From Paramoeba atlantica (taxonomy: Eukaryota > Protista > Discosea), in contig CDRNVI010000030.1 of the NCBI GenBank assembly GCA_977017575.1, forward strand, positions 496,001 through 560,000: a stretch of DNA of 64,000 nt. The letters run 5' to 3'. The notes beneath the pieces were generated by a model. That model searched no databases. It saw only the letters and a program-made list of their open reading frames with translations, and had not been told where the DNA came from. The position numbers were made by a program, and so were the translations under genes. Position 1 is the stretch's first letter. Every line of letters begins with the position of its first letter. Of the stretch, positions 22,400 through 34,222 are shown in pieces.

Positions 22400-22954
22400 T
22401 GCCCCACCTGGCCGCCCGTTAGTTTCATCCACGATGACAGCGGAGGGGTTAAGAGGACGCAATATTTCTTCATCTGTGATCGGGCGATTGTACTCTGGTG
22501 TTTCGGATTGGCAGCGGAGAGGGGGGGGCAGTGGCAGTGGTGATGGCGACGGATGCGATCTCATTGGCGAAAAGTGTGATGGTGGGAGTGATGTCGCTAA
22601 TGGGGGAAATCGAAGAGCGTAGGGGGATGACGGCTCGGCTGTCATTCTGAGGGCTCGTGCTCGCGCTTTTCGGGAGAAGGTGTGCATGCTGGGTCTTGAG
22701 GCTGGCGGGGAAGTCGGCGGAGACGAGATGTTTTGGAGGTGGACGTAAGATCGCCCCGGAGACTGCTGTGGAGGAGTCTGCGGTGTAGATTGTGGTTGCG
22801 CAGGTGTAAGGGCAGCGGGAGGAGAAAATGCCGTAGATGGCGCAGTACCGGGAGGGGAAGGAGGCGACGCAATAGGTGGAGCAGTACCGGGAGGGGAAGG
22901 ATTCTGAGCAACAGATGGCACAGCGGAAGATGATGATGATGATGAATTAGGCAA
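22361..22954 (-). pseudogene. Pro-rich N-terminal fragment of a CRE-like ORF
   Basis: PSMHTFSRKARAR resembles PTMHTLSRRARAK in ORF 52374..55142. Confidence 0.65.
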
Positions 22955-23035
22955 TATATCTCCGAGGAGATGTTACCTCCCTAGACCAAGCCTCCCCTTA
23001 TCGCTTGCTAGGAGCTGTGCCACGCAGCACGCAAG

Positions 23036-23072
23036 TCTTTAACGATAAAGATACAGTTTCTGTACCTTGTTG
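23036..23072 (+). other. Spliced-leader-like exon (37 nt)
   Basis: Followed by a 28-nt UTR and ATG 23101. Confidence 0.8.
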
Positions 23073-23100
23073 ACCATCTTTTTGTTAAGATTTTAACAAA

Positions 23101-23475
23101 ATGACGACGGATGCGTCAGGTGCGGTCGAGGTGCGCGTTGTTCGCGAATGTCTCGATCGTTCCACGCTTGGTCGGGGCTCTCTTTTTCTGCCGCCTATTC
23201 CGGTTGAAAATAAGGGCGCAAAACTCCGTCGCAGTGCGTTATCAAGTCTCATGCGCTGGATGCGTAGAGGTTGCCATATTGCAGTCGTATGGCGGTATGA
23301 TGGTTCTCGGAAATACCGACTATGGGAGGGAGATGTTATGGGAAACTTTGAGGATACTGATCGCTTCAGCGTGAAGTATCATCAAAGAGCTGACCTGGTG
23401 TTTCCCTTCCCCCCCATTTCCGCAAGAGTTATCATATGCGCTGTTATGTCAGGGCATCCGGCTTATGTCGGATGA
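23101..23475 (+). CDS. Small SL-led ORF, probable ORF1 of the downstream LINE
   Basis: ATG 28 nt after SL; VVW..WEG.V..V.Y..FPFPP pattern shared with other retroelement ORFs in this window. Confidence 0.55.
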   Translation: MTTDASGAVEVRVVRECLDRSTLGRGSLFLPPIPVENKGAKLRRSALSSLMRWMRRGCHIAVVWRYDGSRKYRLWEGDVMGNFEDTDRFSVKYHQRADLVFPFPPISARVIICAVMSGHPAYVG

Positions 23476-23509
23476 TGGGACTTAGCGATCCCAGCTTCCC
23501 GAGCTAACT

Positions 23510-23699
23510 CACCCGGCGTCGCATAACAAGACGCTAAAGAACTAGGGTGAATACGATGAATACAATATGGATGACACTACCCGGTGCCAGTAAAACGAGG
23601 CACTAAATAATTAGGGTGGATGTCATTCTGGCAACGTAGAATGGGTGGCACCGCCCGGTACCGAATATAACAAGGTACTAAGAAACTAGGGTGGGTGCC
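23510..23699 (+). ncRNA. Three copies of a ~40-nt two-stem hairpin motif (23510-23549, 23578-23618, 23652-23693)
   Basis: CCC-GGYRYC-loop-GRYRCT-A-rich-TAGGGTG with compensatory changes; function unknown. Confidence 0.5.
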
Positions 23700-24002
23700 A
23701 TTCGGGCTAATCTTTGGAATGTGTCTGTGTTTTTTTTTTTTATCCACCCTCAAAAGATAGAGTGGTTTTTTTTGGTCAAGGGGCGCCTTATTTGCATTAC
23801 CTAAGGCGCAGGGGTATAGCGCACCCCACCTCCCTAGCTGTAACCTAACTCCTCTCCAAACGGAGGTCAGCCGTAGCTTGCTATGGCTGGCTCTCCGGAT
23901 ACGTCGCAAGACGTATTCGGACTGCCCGTTTGGGGAGTTGAGGGGCCATAACTTTTCGGAGTCAAAAGGCCCAATACATCATCATCATCATGCGCTGTTC
24001 GA

Positions 24003-26759
24003 ATGAGATCGGCTCCCTCCCGGCGTAAGAGGCGATGGCGTCGCTGCGCTACCAAATCGACGTCGCCCGGCGAGCATGTCGATCGCGCTTTGGAGAACCA
24101 AAATGGTTCGGCTGTGAAGGAGAAGTTGTCGATAGCGACCCTGAATGTGACCTCATTAAAATTAGAGGGGGGGGATTTGTTTTCTATTCGATCGTGTGTC
24201 CGATTGAAGGAAATATTGAACCTTATGAGTAGCAAGAGGATTCACATACTGGGGTTGCAGGAAACGAGGTTCCGTTTTGATTCTCGTCTCTTTGGTGAGA
24301 TTCTACGTCAGCAAACGGAGGACACCGGCGTTACGTATTACTTATATTTTTCCTCAGCAACGTCCGACCGTTCTTACAACGGAATGGCGCTCGTTAGTAC
24401 TTTTCCATTGGAAAAGGTGCGGGTTATCTCAGAACGGATTATGACTGCACAGTTTCCTTGGGAAAACGGGAACGCTACACTATTCAATGTGTACGGTCCC
24501 ATTAGGGATTCTTCTAAGGAAATGAAATCTACCTTCGACGCTTCTTTAAGAAAGGCCGTTCGCGATCTTGAATCCACGAACCCCCAACGACCTACGATCT
24601 TAATTGGAGATTTTAATTCCCCTTTAACGCTGGTCAACAAAACTGCTGAAGACAAAGCAGCTGTAGCACGATTTCGCGCCTTACTTGTAGACGTTGGTTG
24701 CAAGTCTGCCCACACTCTCTCACCAAGCTCTCGAAAGTGGACTTGTAAACTTCCCAATGGCGCTGAGAGACAATTAGATCATATTATAATTTCCAATAGA
24801 TACGCGTCAGCAATACAACATCATAAAGTTTTACTTGCTCCTTTCCCAACGCAGCACTGCTCGGTTGTCACCCGTCTCAAGATTAAGTGGAAAGCGCATG
24901 AAACACAACCTGGCAATCATTTGCCATGGTACAACCTAAAATCAGAAAATATTTGCAAGGAATTCAATAAATGTACCCAACAAGCTGTTTTCAAAGTAAT
25001 CGGAGAGGGAAGACCCGACCCGTGGGAGGTTTTATCAGAGGGGATACTATATGCGGCACAGAAAACACTTCCGGATTTCGAGGCACCAAGTGACTTAAGT
25101 AAATCCAATGGGCAACGAGAAGAAACAAACAAACAAGAGGAAATATTATCACTCAGCGCCCTGTACAAATCTAGTCGAAATGCGCATACATTCAAAGGTC
25201 TTGTAGACAAGAGTTGTGAGCAAATTGAGGAAACAATTGAAGCTGAATGTGCAATTCTCCAAGAAAAACTACGGAAAAACCATTCCAGCCCTTGGAGATT
25301 CATTCGCGAAATATGCGGAATGAGGAAAACAGTTTTTAATTATGGCGCAGGTCAATCAAACCGGAAACGACTAGCAGCCGTTAAGGACTTCTTCTCTAAA
25401 ATTGCTAACCGAGGTGTTGGAGACACAAAAGTTGAATTTGATGAGGCCAAAAACTTTGAAGGAGAAATCATGGATTCACCTTTCACAGAAGATGAACTTG
25501 CATGCGCTGCGCGTAGACTTAAACGAGGAAAAGCTCCAGGACTCGACGAGATACCAGCGGAAGCGTACATATCCATACTCGAAGAAAATTCTTTACGCCA
25601 TCTCCTTCTTGGAATCATCAACAAAGCCCTTGAAACGGGAAAGACGCACCATCTCTGGAAAACCGTTCTGCAAGTCCCCGTACCGAAAAAAGGTGATCTT
25701 TCCGAGCTGCGGAATTGGCGCCCAATATGTCTTGTCAACGTTATCCTCAAGCTAATTAACGGTATGATTTTGAATCGTATTCGGCCCTCGACCGAGCGAG
25801 TTCTACGCGAAAATCAATATGGTTTCCGCCCGGAGAGGTCCATCTGTGGAGCCCAAATTATTCTCAATGAAATCCTCACGAAATCAAGACGGAATCGAAG
25901 TCACGAAAATGTCATGATTGCTTTCATCGACTTCGCGAGTGCCTTTCCATCGCTTTCACACTCATCTATCAGGGCAGCGTTACATTCGTTCCACGTAGGA
26001 CCTCGAATGACAACCCTTGCAATGTCGGCCTACGAGGGCTTAGAGGCCATTGTACGTACCCCGTTTGGGAAAACCAGCTCCTTTCCTATTACCTCGGGTA
26101 TTTTGCAAGGGGATGTGCTGGCTCCGTATTTATTTATCATGGTTCTCGATCGCATCCTTCACGCGGCATTGAAAAATAAAGATGATGGACTAACGCTGAG
26201 CTCCGCCGGAACCAGAAAACGTGGATATAAATCAACACGAGTGACTGATATTGATTACGCTGATGATTTGATCCTGTTTTCCGACTCCAAACGTTCATTA
26301 GAAAGGATGGTCGACAGCGTCGCTACTGAAGCATCCAAAGCTAATTTGAGTATAGCCGCTGGTGTCAACAAAACGGCATGGATGTCCATCTCGAAGAATG
26401 AGAATAAGGATGGCGATCTCCTTTCATCAACTTGTGGGAACATTCCGAAAGTAAAATCGTACCGCCATCTGGGGCATGTTCAGCATGAAACCGAGCCTAA
26501 ATTAACATTAACCGACAGATTACGTTTGACGTGGGCGTGTTTTAGCAAACTACGAGGTATTTGGATCTCGCCTCTTCGCGTAAAGGCTAAGCTTCGAATT
26601 TTTGACACCCTTTTTTTGGGGCTGTTGTTTGGCTCTTTTTGGGGCAATTGTTGGCTCTTTTTGTTGACCTACTCTCTACTTTTCACCTTATGCATTGTGG
26701 GGGCGATTCCCCCCGGAAGCCCATGGTATCGAGCGAAGGAAAGTCGCGGAAAAAGATAA
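24003..26759 (+). CDS. APE endonuclease + RT LINE ORF (RTE-like), interrupted near 26610
   Basis: APE: TLNV, LQET, NVYGP, GDFN, LDH; RT: KAPGLD, WRPI, QYGFR, FIDFASAF, GILQGD, YADD; last ~50 codons are junction-derived. Confidence 0.9.
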   Translation: MRSAPSRRKRRWRRCATKSTSPGEHVDRALENQNGSAVKEKLSIATLNVTSLKLEGGDLFSIRSCVRLKEILNLMSSKRIHILGLQETRFRFDSRLFGEILRQQTEDTGVTYYLYFSSATSDRSYNGMALVSTFPLEKVRVISERIMTAQFPWENGNATLFNVYGPIRDSSKEMKSTFDASLRKAVRDLESTNPQRPTILIGDFNSPLTLVNKTAEDKAAVARFRALLVDVGCKSAHTLSPSSRKWTCKLPNGAERQLDHIIISNRYASAIQHHKVLLAPFPTQHCSVVTRLKIKWKAHETQPGNHLPWYNLKSENICKEFNKCTQQAVFKVIGEGRPDPWEVLSEGILYAAQKTLPDFEAPSDLSKSNGQREETNKQEEILSLSALYKSSRNAHTFKGLVDKSCEQIEETIEAECAILQEKLRKNHSSPWRFIREICGMRKTVFNYGAGQSNRKRLAAVKDFFSKIANRGVGDTKVEFDEAKNFEGEIMDSPFTEDELACAARRLKRGKAPGLDEIPAEAYISILEENSLRHLLLGIINKALETGKTHHLWKTVLQVPVPKKGDLSELRNWRPICLVNVILKLINGMILNRIRPSTERVLRENQYGFRPERSICGAQIILNEILTKSRRNRSHENVMIAFIDFASAFPSLSHSSIRAALHSFHVGPRMTTLAMSAYEGLEAIVRTPFGKTSSFPITSGILQGDVLAPYLFIMVLDRILHAALKNKDDGLTLSSAGTRKRGYKSTRVTDIDYADDLILFSDSKRSLERMVDSVATEASKANLSIAAGVNKTAWMSISKNENKDGDLLSSTCGNIPKVKSYRHLGHVQHETEPKLTLTDRLRLTWACFSKLRGIWISPLRVKAKLRIFDTLFLGLLFGSFWGNCWLFLLTYSLLFTLCIVGAIPPGSPWYRAKESRGKR

Positions 26760-27564
26760 TACCCACCATGGTCGACGTCGCCTGCATTGGTAGTTTGAGA
26801 TATTGTGAGTCAATATTTCCCCGTTTGAAGTTTGATGAGCCGATTCTTATCATTGGATCCGTGTGTCGTTCGGCCCTCGAGCATTTAAAACCTTTTTCAG
26901 CTCGGTCCGCGCATCTTGCAGGTCAAATGATATCGGAACGCAAATCTCAGAATGGTGAGACAGAGCCAGCGAACTTTATCTTTCGCAAACTTGTGATGTG
27001 CGAATTCATTCCAATCAAAGTCTCAAAAATTGATTTCGAGCGCCTAAAACCCATTTCAGCTCAGTTGATTTGCGAAATTTATTTGAAAAGTGTTTCGCGC
27101 CTCATAAACGCTAAAACGCCAAGGCAGCTGAAGGTCATTTTCCCACGAGAGCCCATGGTATCGAGAGGAGGAAAGTCGCGGAAAAAGACAATACCCACCA
27201 TGGTCGACGTCGCCTGCATTGGTAGTTTGAGATGTTGTGAGTCAATATTTCCCCGTTTGAAGTTTGATGAGCCGATTCTTATCATTGGATCTGTGTGTCG
27301 TTCGGTCCTTGAGCATTTAAAACCTTTTTCAGCTCGGTCCGTGCATCTCGCAGGTCAAATGATATCGGAATGCAAGTCCGAGAATGGCGGGACAGAGCTA
27401 GCCAACTTTATCTTTCGCAAACTTGTGATGTGCGAATTCATTCCATTCAAAGTCTCAAAAATTGATTTCGAGCGCCTAAAACCCATTTCAGCTCAGTTGA
27501 TTTGCGAGATTTATTCGGAAAGTGTTTCGCGCCTCATAAACGCTAAAACGCCAAGGCAGTTGAA
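26719..27564 (+). repeat. Two tandem copies of a 432-bp unit
   Basis: GCCCATGGTATCGAG at 26719 and 27151; duplicated peptide in ORF 26639..27625. Confidence 0.9.
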
Positions 27565-27929
27565 AGTTGATCGGGGTGAGATTGATCAGAAAGAAGGGGC
27601 ACCAGGCATGGTGCATAGAAAGTGAATTTTGCAGCGCCCTAGCAGCCAACAAAGTTCAAGCAAAGTGATTTAATATAAGATCAACGCATTCTTTTTGCTG
27701 AGATCCTAAAAGTTTACGAAAAGAATTGTACAATGGAAATTTTGATTTCTGAGAATTAAAAAATGAGGTAAATATGAGTAAAGGTTTCCTTTATTCTACG
27801 ATTAACACCCTTGTCTATCCCATACTAAACTACGGTACGTCATCCATGGTGATATCGGCATCGCAGGTGAGAAACGTTGAAGTACAGGTAAACAACATGA
27901 GGTAATCCAGGAAATCCCCCCTGCCCCTT

Positions 27930-28037
27930 TTGAGATGAAAGTTGAATCGGCTGGAAGAGAGATTTCAGTGCACATTCGTGACGCTGGAGAAGAATAGAAC
28001 CACAGACCTTAAGAATAGTTTCCCCCATCGCTACAGG
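27930..28037 (-). pseudogene. Tiny group A RT fragment directly after a poly(A) tract
   Basis: PVAMGETILKVCGSILLQRH; T-run 28038-28060. Confidence 0.75.
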
Positions 28038-28219
28038 TTTTTTTTTTTTTTTTTTTTTTTAAACTATACGTAATAAGCTCTCGCCTGAATTTCTTACCGT
28101 AAACTATTAGACTTTAACGTCTTGTTGTAGTATACAATGGCAGTATACAATGCTGCTGTATACTCAAAATAATAGTTTCACGTGTTTTCCGTTCCTTTAT
28201 TTATTCACATGTTACTCAA

Positions 28220-28480
28220 AAAAGCAAAACAGTAATAGCCGAATGCTGAAAGTAGCGAAAAAGTGACGACTCAAAGCAGCGAAACGGTGATAACCCAAAG
28301 CAGCGAAACAGTAACAACCAAGAGCTGAAAGCTGCGGAACAATAATCACCAAGCAGCAAAACAAAAATAACCAAGCAGCGAAACAGTAATCACCAAAGGC
28401 TGAAAGTAACGAAACATTATTAATCACCAAAGGCTGAAAGCAACGAAACATTATTAACGAAATGTTAAAAGCAGCGAAAA
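28220..28480. repeat. Degenerate minisatellite (AAAGCAGCGAAAC / AAAGGCTGAAAG units)
   Basis: Repeated short motifs visible directly. Confidence 0.7.
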
Positions 28481-28552
28481 TGTAATATTCAGAGGAGTGT
28501 TTAAAGACGGAGTCCTCCTACCCATTTCTCGGTTTCTATATATTGGCGCAAC

Positions 28553-28987
28553 ATGAGGCGCATCGTGTGTGACGCCGTAGGAGTTGATGAGAATGGGCAT
28601 TGTTATCCTATTGAATCTCTGTACCACAACACGCTACATTTCAATACAATACATCGTATTAATCGGGCGCGCCTTGTGGGTCACCAAATTAGGCACTCTG
28701 AGATCTACCGCTCTTTAGTAGGATGGGGCTCCCGGGAAAAGGCGAGATTTCCATCGCCTTCCGAAGCATGCGCACAAGACCTTGGGATTGAGATGGAAGA
28801 AATGCTTGTATATGCCTCTGATCGCGCACACTGGGCCAAATTAATTGAAAACCTCTCAGAGAGACTCGAGCCCTCAGAGTCTTATATTGGCTACAAAAGT
28901 CCTAAATGGAAACTAGCATACAAAAACGCTTTAAAAGAAACAGTGTGTAATTTTTTTTTTTGGTATCAAATATCTTTTCGCCCGTAA
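28553..28987 (+). pseudogene. Probable C-terminal part of the RTE-like LINE ORF
   Basis: RARLVGHQIR and DRAHWAKLI resemble the RTE C-terminal R.GH..R and DR..W motifs. Confidence 0.6.
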
Positions 28988-29184
28988 AAATAACACGGGC
29001 AGTATCCAATTTGTAAATTACATTTGAATTACAGTAATTCAAAGTGTCTGATACGGTACAAACAAACAATATTTTTCCGATAACCTATGAATAATCCTCA
29101 AGCGATTGTCTGTTTTTTAACAAAAACATATACCACGCGCCGCAAGCAGCTGAGCGTCAAAGAAAGAAGAAACTGTGTGGCAGT

Positions 29185-29360
29185 CACCCTAGTTGTGTAG
29201 TACCTTGTTATAATCGGTACCGGATGGTGCCACAATCAAATCGAAACCGGTCAGCAATAAAAGAATCTACAATGTGAAATGTAGAATAAGAAAAGATGAA
29301 ATAAGCATGCAGGTCACTCACCCTAGTTGTTTAGTACCTTGTTATATTTGGTACCGGGAA
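29185..29360 (-). ncRNA. Two more copies of the 23.5-kb hairpin motif (29185-29226, 29319-29360)
   Basis: Reverse complement reads CCGGTACC.A.TATAACAAGGTACTA.ACAACTAGGGTG. Confidence 0.5.
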
Positions 29361-29589
29361 GCGCCGTAGTTCGACCAAATAGAAAACCAGATAACCAGAT
29401 AGAAACAGAACAAGAGCGTGGAGGTGAGTACTTACCTGAATCATATCCCCCAAAAGCCTCAAAAATAACGAACACACCAAAATCGAGATAGAAACAGCAG
29501 AAGAGGAGATTCGGAAAAAAAAGATTCATTCATATTCTAACACACACTTTCATTCAAATATTTTCATCGCAGTCAAACGAACACAGAAT

Positions 29590-30440
29590 TTAAGCTCGTA
29601 TTCCTCCGACCCATTTCTCTTCTGATACGTAATTTCGCAGTTGTGAAACCACTGTGTACGCAGCGAATTTTTCGATCTCCAACTGAAAGGCTTGGCGTGT
29701 AGCTTCGAAACTAAGATCCGCTCTGTTCGCTAGGGTTTTGATGAGATTTTTGGTGTTGTCGTGCAATAAACCACAGTCGGTGACAGCAATGCATCGGAAA
29801 ATTTCAGGGTCAAGTCCTTTCTCTTCTACGTACTTCTGTTTCTTTCTGTCTAACGCATTTTGAAGGAGGGCAGAACTCGTTTTCTTGATGTAACTGCTGC
29901 AACATGTGTGCACTACCGTAATGTCGTAAAGCATTTCGCCCGCATTGGGCCACATAATGGCCAAATCCGGGCCTGATCGGATACGCCTAGCGCGACACGG
30001 GTGATCCTCCGCCGCCTCGGAAGAAAAAGAGCACTTGCATTTTGTACAGAAGAAGGACGAATGGATTCGTGGTTCTATTGCATACGGAAGGCCTGCTTTC
30101 GTACATAAATCGGCCAGGTACCGAACAATATGAGAATGTTTTCGAGTGCAATTCATTCCAGAACAACGCGAACATCCTGCTACGTGGGACATAATACTGC
30201 TTGGCGTTTCCATGACTCCACATCCAGGGCAAGCAATATCTTTCGGCGCTTTTGGGATGCTGACACCTAGTCTCATCATTAACGTGTATTTGAAAAGATA
30301 GGGGTTTACGTAGTTGTGCGCCGAGTCCAAATGCACGTTGGATTCTTTTGACCTCTTCGTGATGCGAGCAATGCTGGGATTTTCGTTCAGTTTTGTTGCC
30401 AGTGTTTCGTGTTCGCTTTTCATTTGTTTCTTTAGTTGAG
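29590..30440 (-). pseudogene. 5'-truncated group A element (ZnF + RLE)
   Basis: CPGC..HVAGC, EPR, RSGPD, YDIT; starts right after a poly(A). Confidence 0.85.
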
Positions 30441-32032
30441 TTTTTTTTTTTTTTTTTTTTTTTTTTGCAGTTAATAAGGGGGGAGAAGTATGAATCGCGG
30501 CATTGCCTCTATATTTTGACCCAGTAGACGAACCAAGTAGGTCCATTGGGGGGGTATACGAGTTGAAAACAAGCAATCAAATTAGCAAATCTTTGTGTTT
30601 CCACAGATGTACCTTTTGTTTTTTCTCAGCCCAAAACTAGCAATTTAATCTCCCCTAAGTATATACTACAAACAAGAAACAGTAAAAACTAAAACAAGCA
30701 ATACAGACCCAATCCATTCGCGCGTTCCGGACCGGGTCTTTCGACCACTCCACGGCCTGACTTGTGAACCCTTCCCTTGCTATATGGGAGGGCGCAGGCG
30801 CGGGCCTGTGTCGACAGCGACACGGTCGCGAAACAGGATGCTGGCCGACGGGGAGGAGATTCACTACCCGTGTACTACCTCACTTGGGGTACCTAGCCCT
30901 CGCGGGCTAGGCGTGAGCATAGACTCTGTCGACCCGACCAGCACCCGTCCTGGATACCATGGCGTCTTCGTGCTGAAATAGGACTGTCAGTAGAGGCTTA
31001 AGCCTCTACCAAAGGATCCGCTGGGTCCTCTACGCGGATGCGCGAAACCATCATCCTGGCTTGAGAACGCATTAGCGTCACGTTCAGATCCGTTAGGAGA
31101 TCGTTTCGCGCTTGGTCTCGTGAAAGGAGCCCTTTGGACGCATTCGCCCGTTGGGTTCCGATGTCCCGGAGTAACGCTAGCGCACTCTCGCTCCAGGAAC
31201 CAAAGGATTCCACCACCATCGCTGTGAAGAGATGTCCTGCTTTTTCTGCTTCTTGTCGCTGTCGCGCCTTGGTCTCCGCGAAGTGCTCAGCAAAAGACCC
31301 CGGGGTCACCCAGCTAGCATTGTGGACTGAGTCCGAATACTTTGTTTGCTGTGCGTGAGTGACCGCAAAATCTAGGACCATGCCTTGCGCTAAAGATCCT
31401 TTGGCGATGGAGGCCGTTGGCAGAAATACGTCCGCTGGTCTCGTGAGAGCCCCCCCAGGACCCCGATTTCCCAAACTCTTCTCTCTCTGTGGCGCCAGGA
31501 AGGCTCTGCTGCAGAACGATGTAAATTGTTGGGCCAGAGCGTTGTGCCGTGAGATGATACCATGGCCGTTCTTGCAGAGCAAAGCGTGCTCTCCATTCTT
31601 GAGCAAGGGAAGGGTGCACCCGTCAGCTGGGCAAGGCCGATCTTCGGGGAAGACGTCCATGCCTAGCCACCAGCGTGTTAGGGTACGAAACTCCGTGTGA
31701 GTGAAAGCGTAGCCTCTGGTCTTGGAGGGAGTTGCGAAAGCCCAGTTTCCGGCCCCTCTTCCGGACTGCGAGATCCATCGCGCCCGCGTTCTTGCGTCTG
31801 CCTTTGAATATTCCGTTTGAAATTCCCTATCCGAGATAGCTTGGCTGAGATGTTTTTGCCTCGGGATGATCTTTTCCTGATCCGTCGAGACCGGGAGAAG
31901 GGAGTGATTGAGGGATAGTGCGAGTTTTCTTTTCGCTGGGCGGGAAAGGATGCTCCGATTTGCATGATATTCACCAGGCACGCTAGGTTTGGTAATGCGT
32001 CCAGTGTATGGATCAACCAGATCAGTCCCAAC
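30441..32032 (-). mobile_element. 5'-truncated group E (CRE-clade) element: ZnF + RLE, ~530-nt 3' UTR, poly(A)
   Basis: CPADGC..HALLC, SRHN, RPADV, LDFAVTH; stop 30998; T-run 30441-30466. Confidence 0.85.
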
Positions 32033-32159
32033 TTTTTTTTTTTTTTTTTTTTTTTTAACAAAAAACTTACAACAGACGAACAGCAACCCAACTATAAGAT
32101 TTTCTTTTTCTTTTTCTCTTTATCTCTTTATGATGATGATGAAATATGGGCTTTATATA

Positions 32160-34222
32160 TTTTTTTTTTTTTTTTTTTTTGTAATCAAAATTACTTTCTC
32201 AAGTTTACATAAACTTTTAGCACTGATTTTTGTCTATCTCTTCGCAGACTTTATAATTCCAATTTGTATCTTTTCTGTACTTTTGATTTCTTAAAGAATA
32301 GTGCTTTTCTGATAGTCTTGAGGCTCCAAAAAATGTCGGAGCTGTGCATATACTTCGGATCCGTTCAGCTCTTGGAGTAGCAACTTGAATGCCTGTTCGG
32401 TTTTTTGGGTATCCAACAGGCAGACATCCGTCAGTGATTTAATTAGGCCCCGTGTGCTCTTATGTAAAGACCCGCAGGACAAGACAGGAAGGCACTCAAA
32501 AGCTTCCGCCGGAATCATGCCACTATTGACGTATGTTTCATTTTTCCGCTGTATAGCTTCTCGTACGAGTTGGGAACACTTTTTATTCCGATGGGAAGGC
32601 GCGAGCTCGTGCACCACAGTTAGGTCGTAGAACACCACGCCACTGTTCCAGTAGATCGCAAGATCCGGGCCTGAGCGATGAAACTGCCGTCCTCCGCATG
32701 TTTTGTGGTGGAGATGCTGACTGTTGTAGTCGACTGTATTTCCGCATGTTAGACAACTCCACGTGCTAAAAGAACGCGGCTCTCTTTCGCATGGAATACC
32801 AGCTTTCATGCAAAGATCATACAGAAACTTGGTCAACATGTTGTGCTTCGCTGTGGCGTTGAAACCTGTACATTGCACGCATCCGGGGATGTGAGTTAGT
32901 GCAGTGTTTGCATCCATCAATGTTCGGCATCCAGGGCAAGTCATAGCATCAGGAAGTCTCGGGTGATGTACTCCAAGACGGGGCATGACTGCTAGCTCGA
33001 ATAAGTGCGGTGGTACATATCTTACATTGGACAGTAGCCAGTCATAACTCCCCTTATTGGAGGTTGCTTTTAACGTCCCGGCCATTTGTGGATCGCTTAC
33101 GAGTTTGTTCCATGCTTCCTCATGAAGTTTCGCTGCAGCGGTAATTTCATCAGTAGGTGGTTTTTGACGAGCGAGTTCTTGTTCATTTGCTGTCCCAGCG
33201 TGTTCAGTGCTATGAAACTGTGACGGCACAACTCGAGCTGAAAAAGATTTTATATGCTCAAAAGCTGTGTGTCGGGAAGCTTCATAAGCTGCCGCGCGCG
33301 TTGGGTGACACGCCGTGAGACCAAGTCCTCCTTTCTTCAGGGGTAACCTTGCTATGTCAATTTGTCTAGTCTGCAATGGGCCCATCCATGTTTGAAGTAC
33401 GTTCTCGATTTCGCTATCAAAACGTTTACATGTTTGATCCGTGGCCTTGGGGTTGTGTGTCCTCATGTAGTACTGTTGACGAACGTTCACACTTTTTGTC
33501 AAAAGGATGAGGGATACGTTACTCATGCCCATTAGCTTTAGCCTGCGGAATATTACTTCTTGTTTGCCGATCTTTTGGAGCAATTTTTGACTGATGGCGT
33601 CGTCTTCTCCAATAAAAGCCCCCAGTACTTTAGTGGCCTGGCTCTCGGTTTGTACTCCTTCGGCTTGAAGAGCTTCTGGAATGGACTTGCCGAGGATGCC
33701 ACCAAACCAAACACATTTATGCGCCGATAGTGCAAGATTGCTAGATGCGACAAGTGCCTTCAGCCTTTTAAAAGCGGTCGTGAGCTGATTCGGATCTTCG
33801 GATGTCAAATTGATATCGTCGATGTACGCATGTATGTTGATGCCAGGAAATTCTTCTGCAAGGGTTTCCAATACAGGTTGTAGGTATGTGCAGAAATACA
33901 GCGTGGATAGTGGCGATCCCTGTTTTACTCCTGAGGAACTTGATACTGTGTCGACCAATTTACCTTCGCTGCCGTAGAAGAGAAGCTGAGATTGCTCGGA
34001 ATATTCAGCGGCAAAATACCTTTGGAAGGGTCGGAGCGTTGCGATACCGAAAACATGCTTTGCGACGTCATTCCTGGAGGGGGTGTTGAACGCATTTTTC
34101 AAGTCTACGGATAGGATGGAGTGGCCTGTCAAATATTTTTCGTGAAGGGTGTGCACTACCCTCTCGCAGCCCGCTTTTGACATTATCCCCTGCTGCATTG
34201 GCGCAAAAAGTGGCTCCAGGGT
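32160..34222 (-). mobile_element. 5'-truncated group B2 element (RT core, ZnF, RLE, poly(A))
   Basis: ORF 32291..34267: VDLKNAFN, GVKQGS, AYIDD, RSGPD; T-run 32160-32180. Confidence 0.9.
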
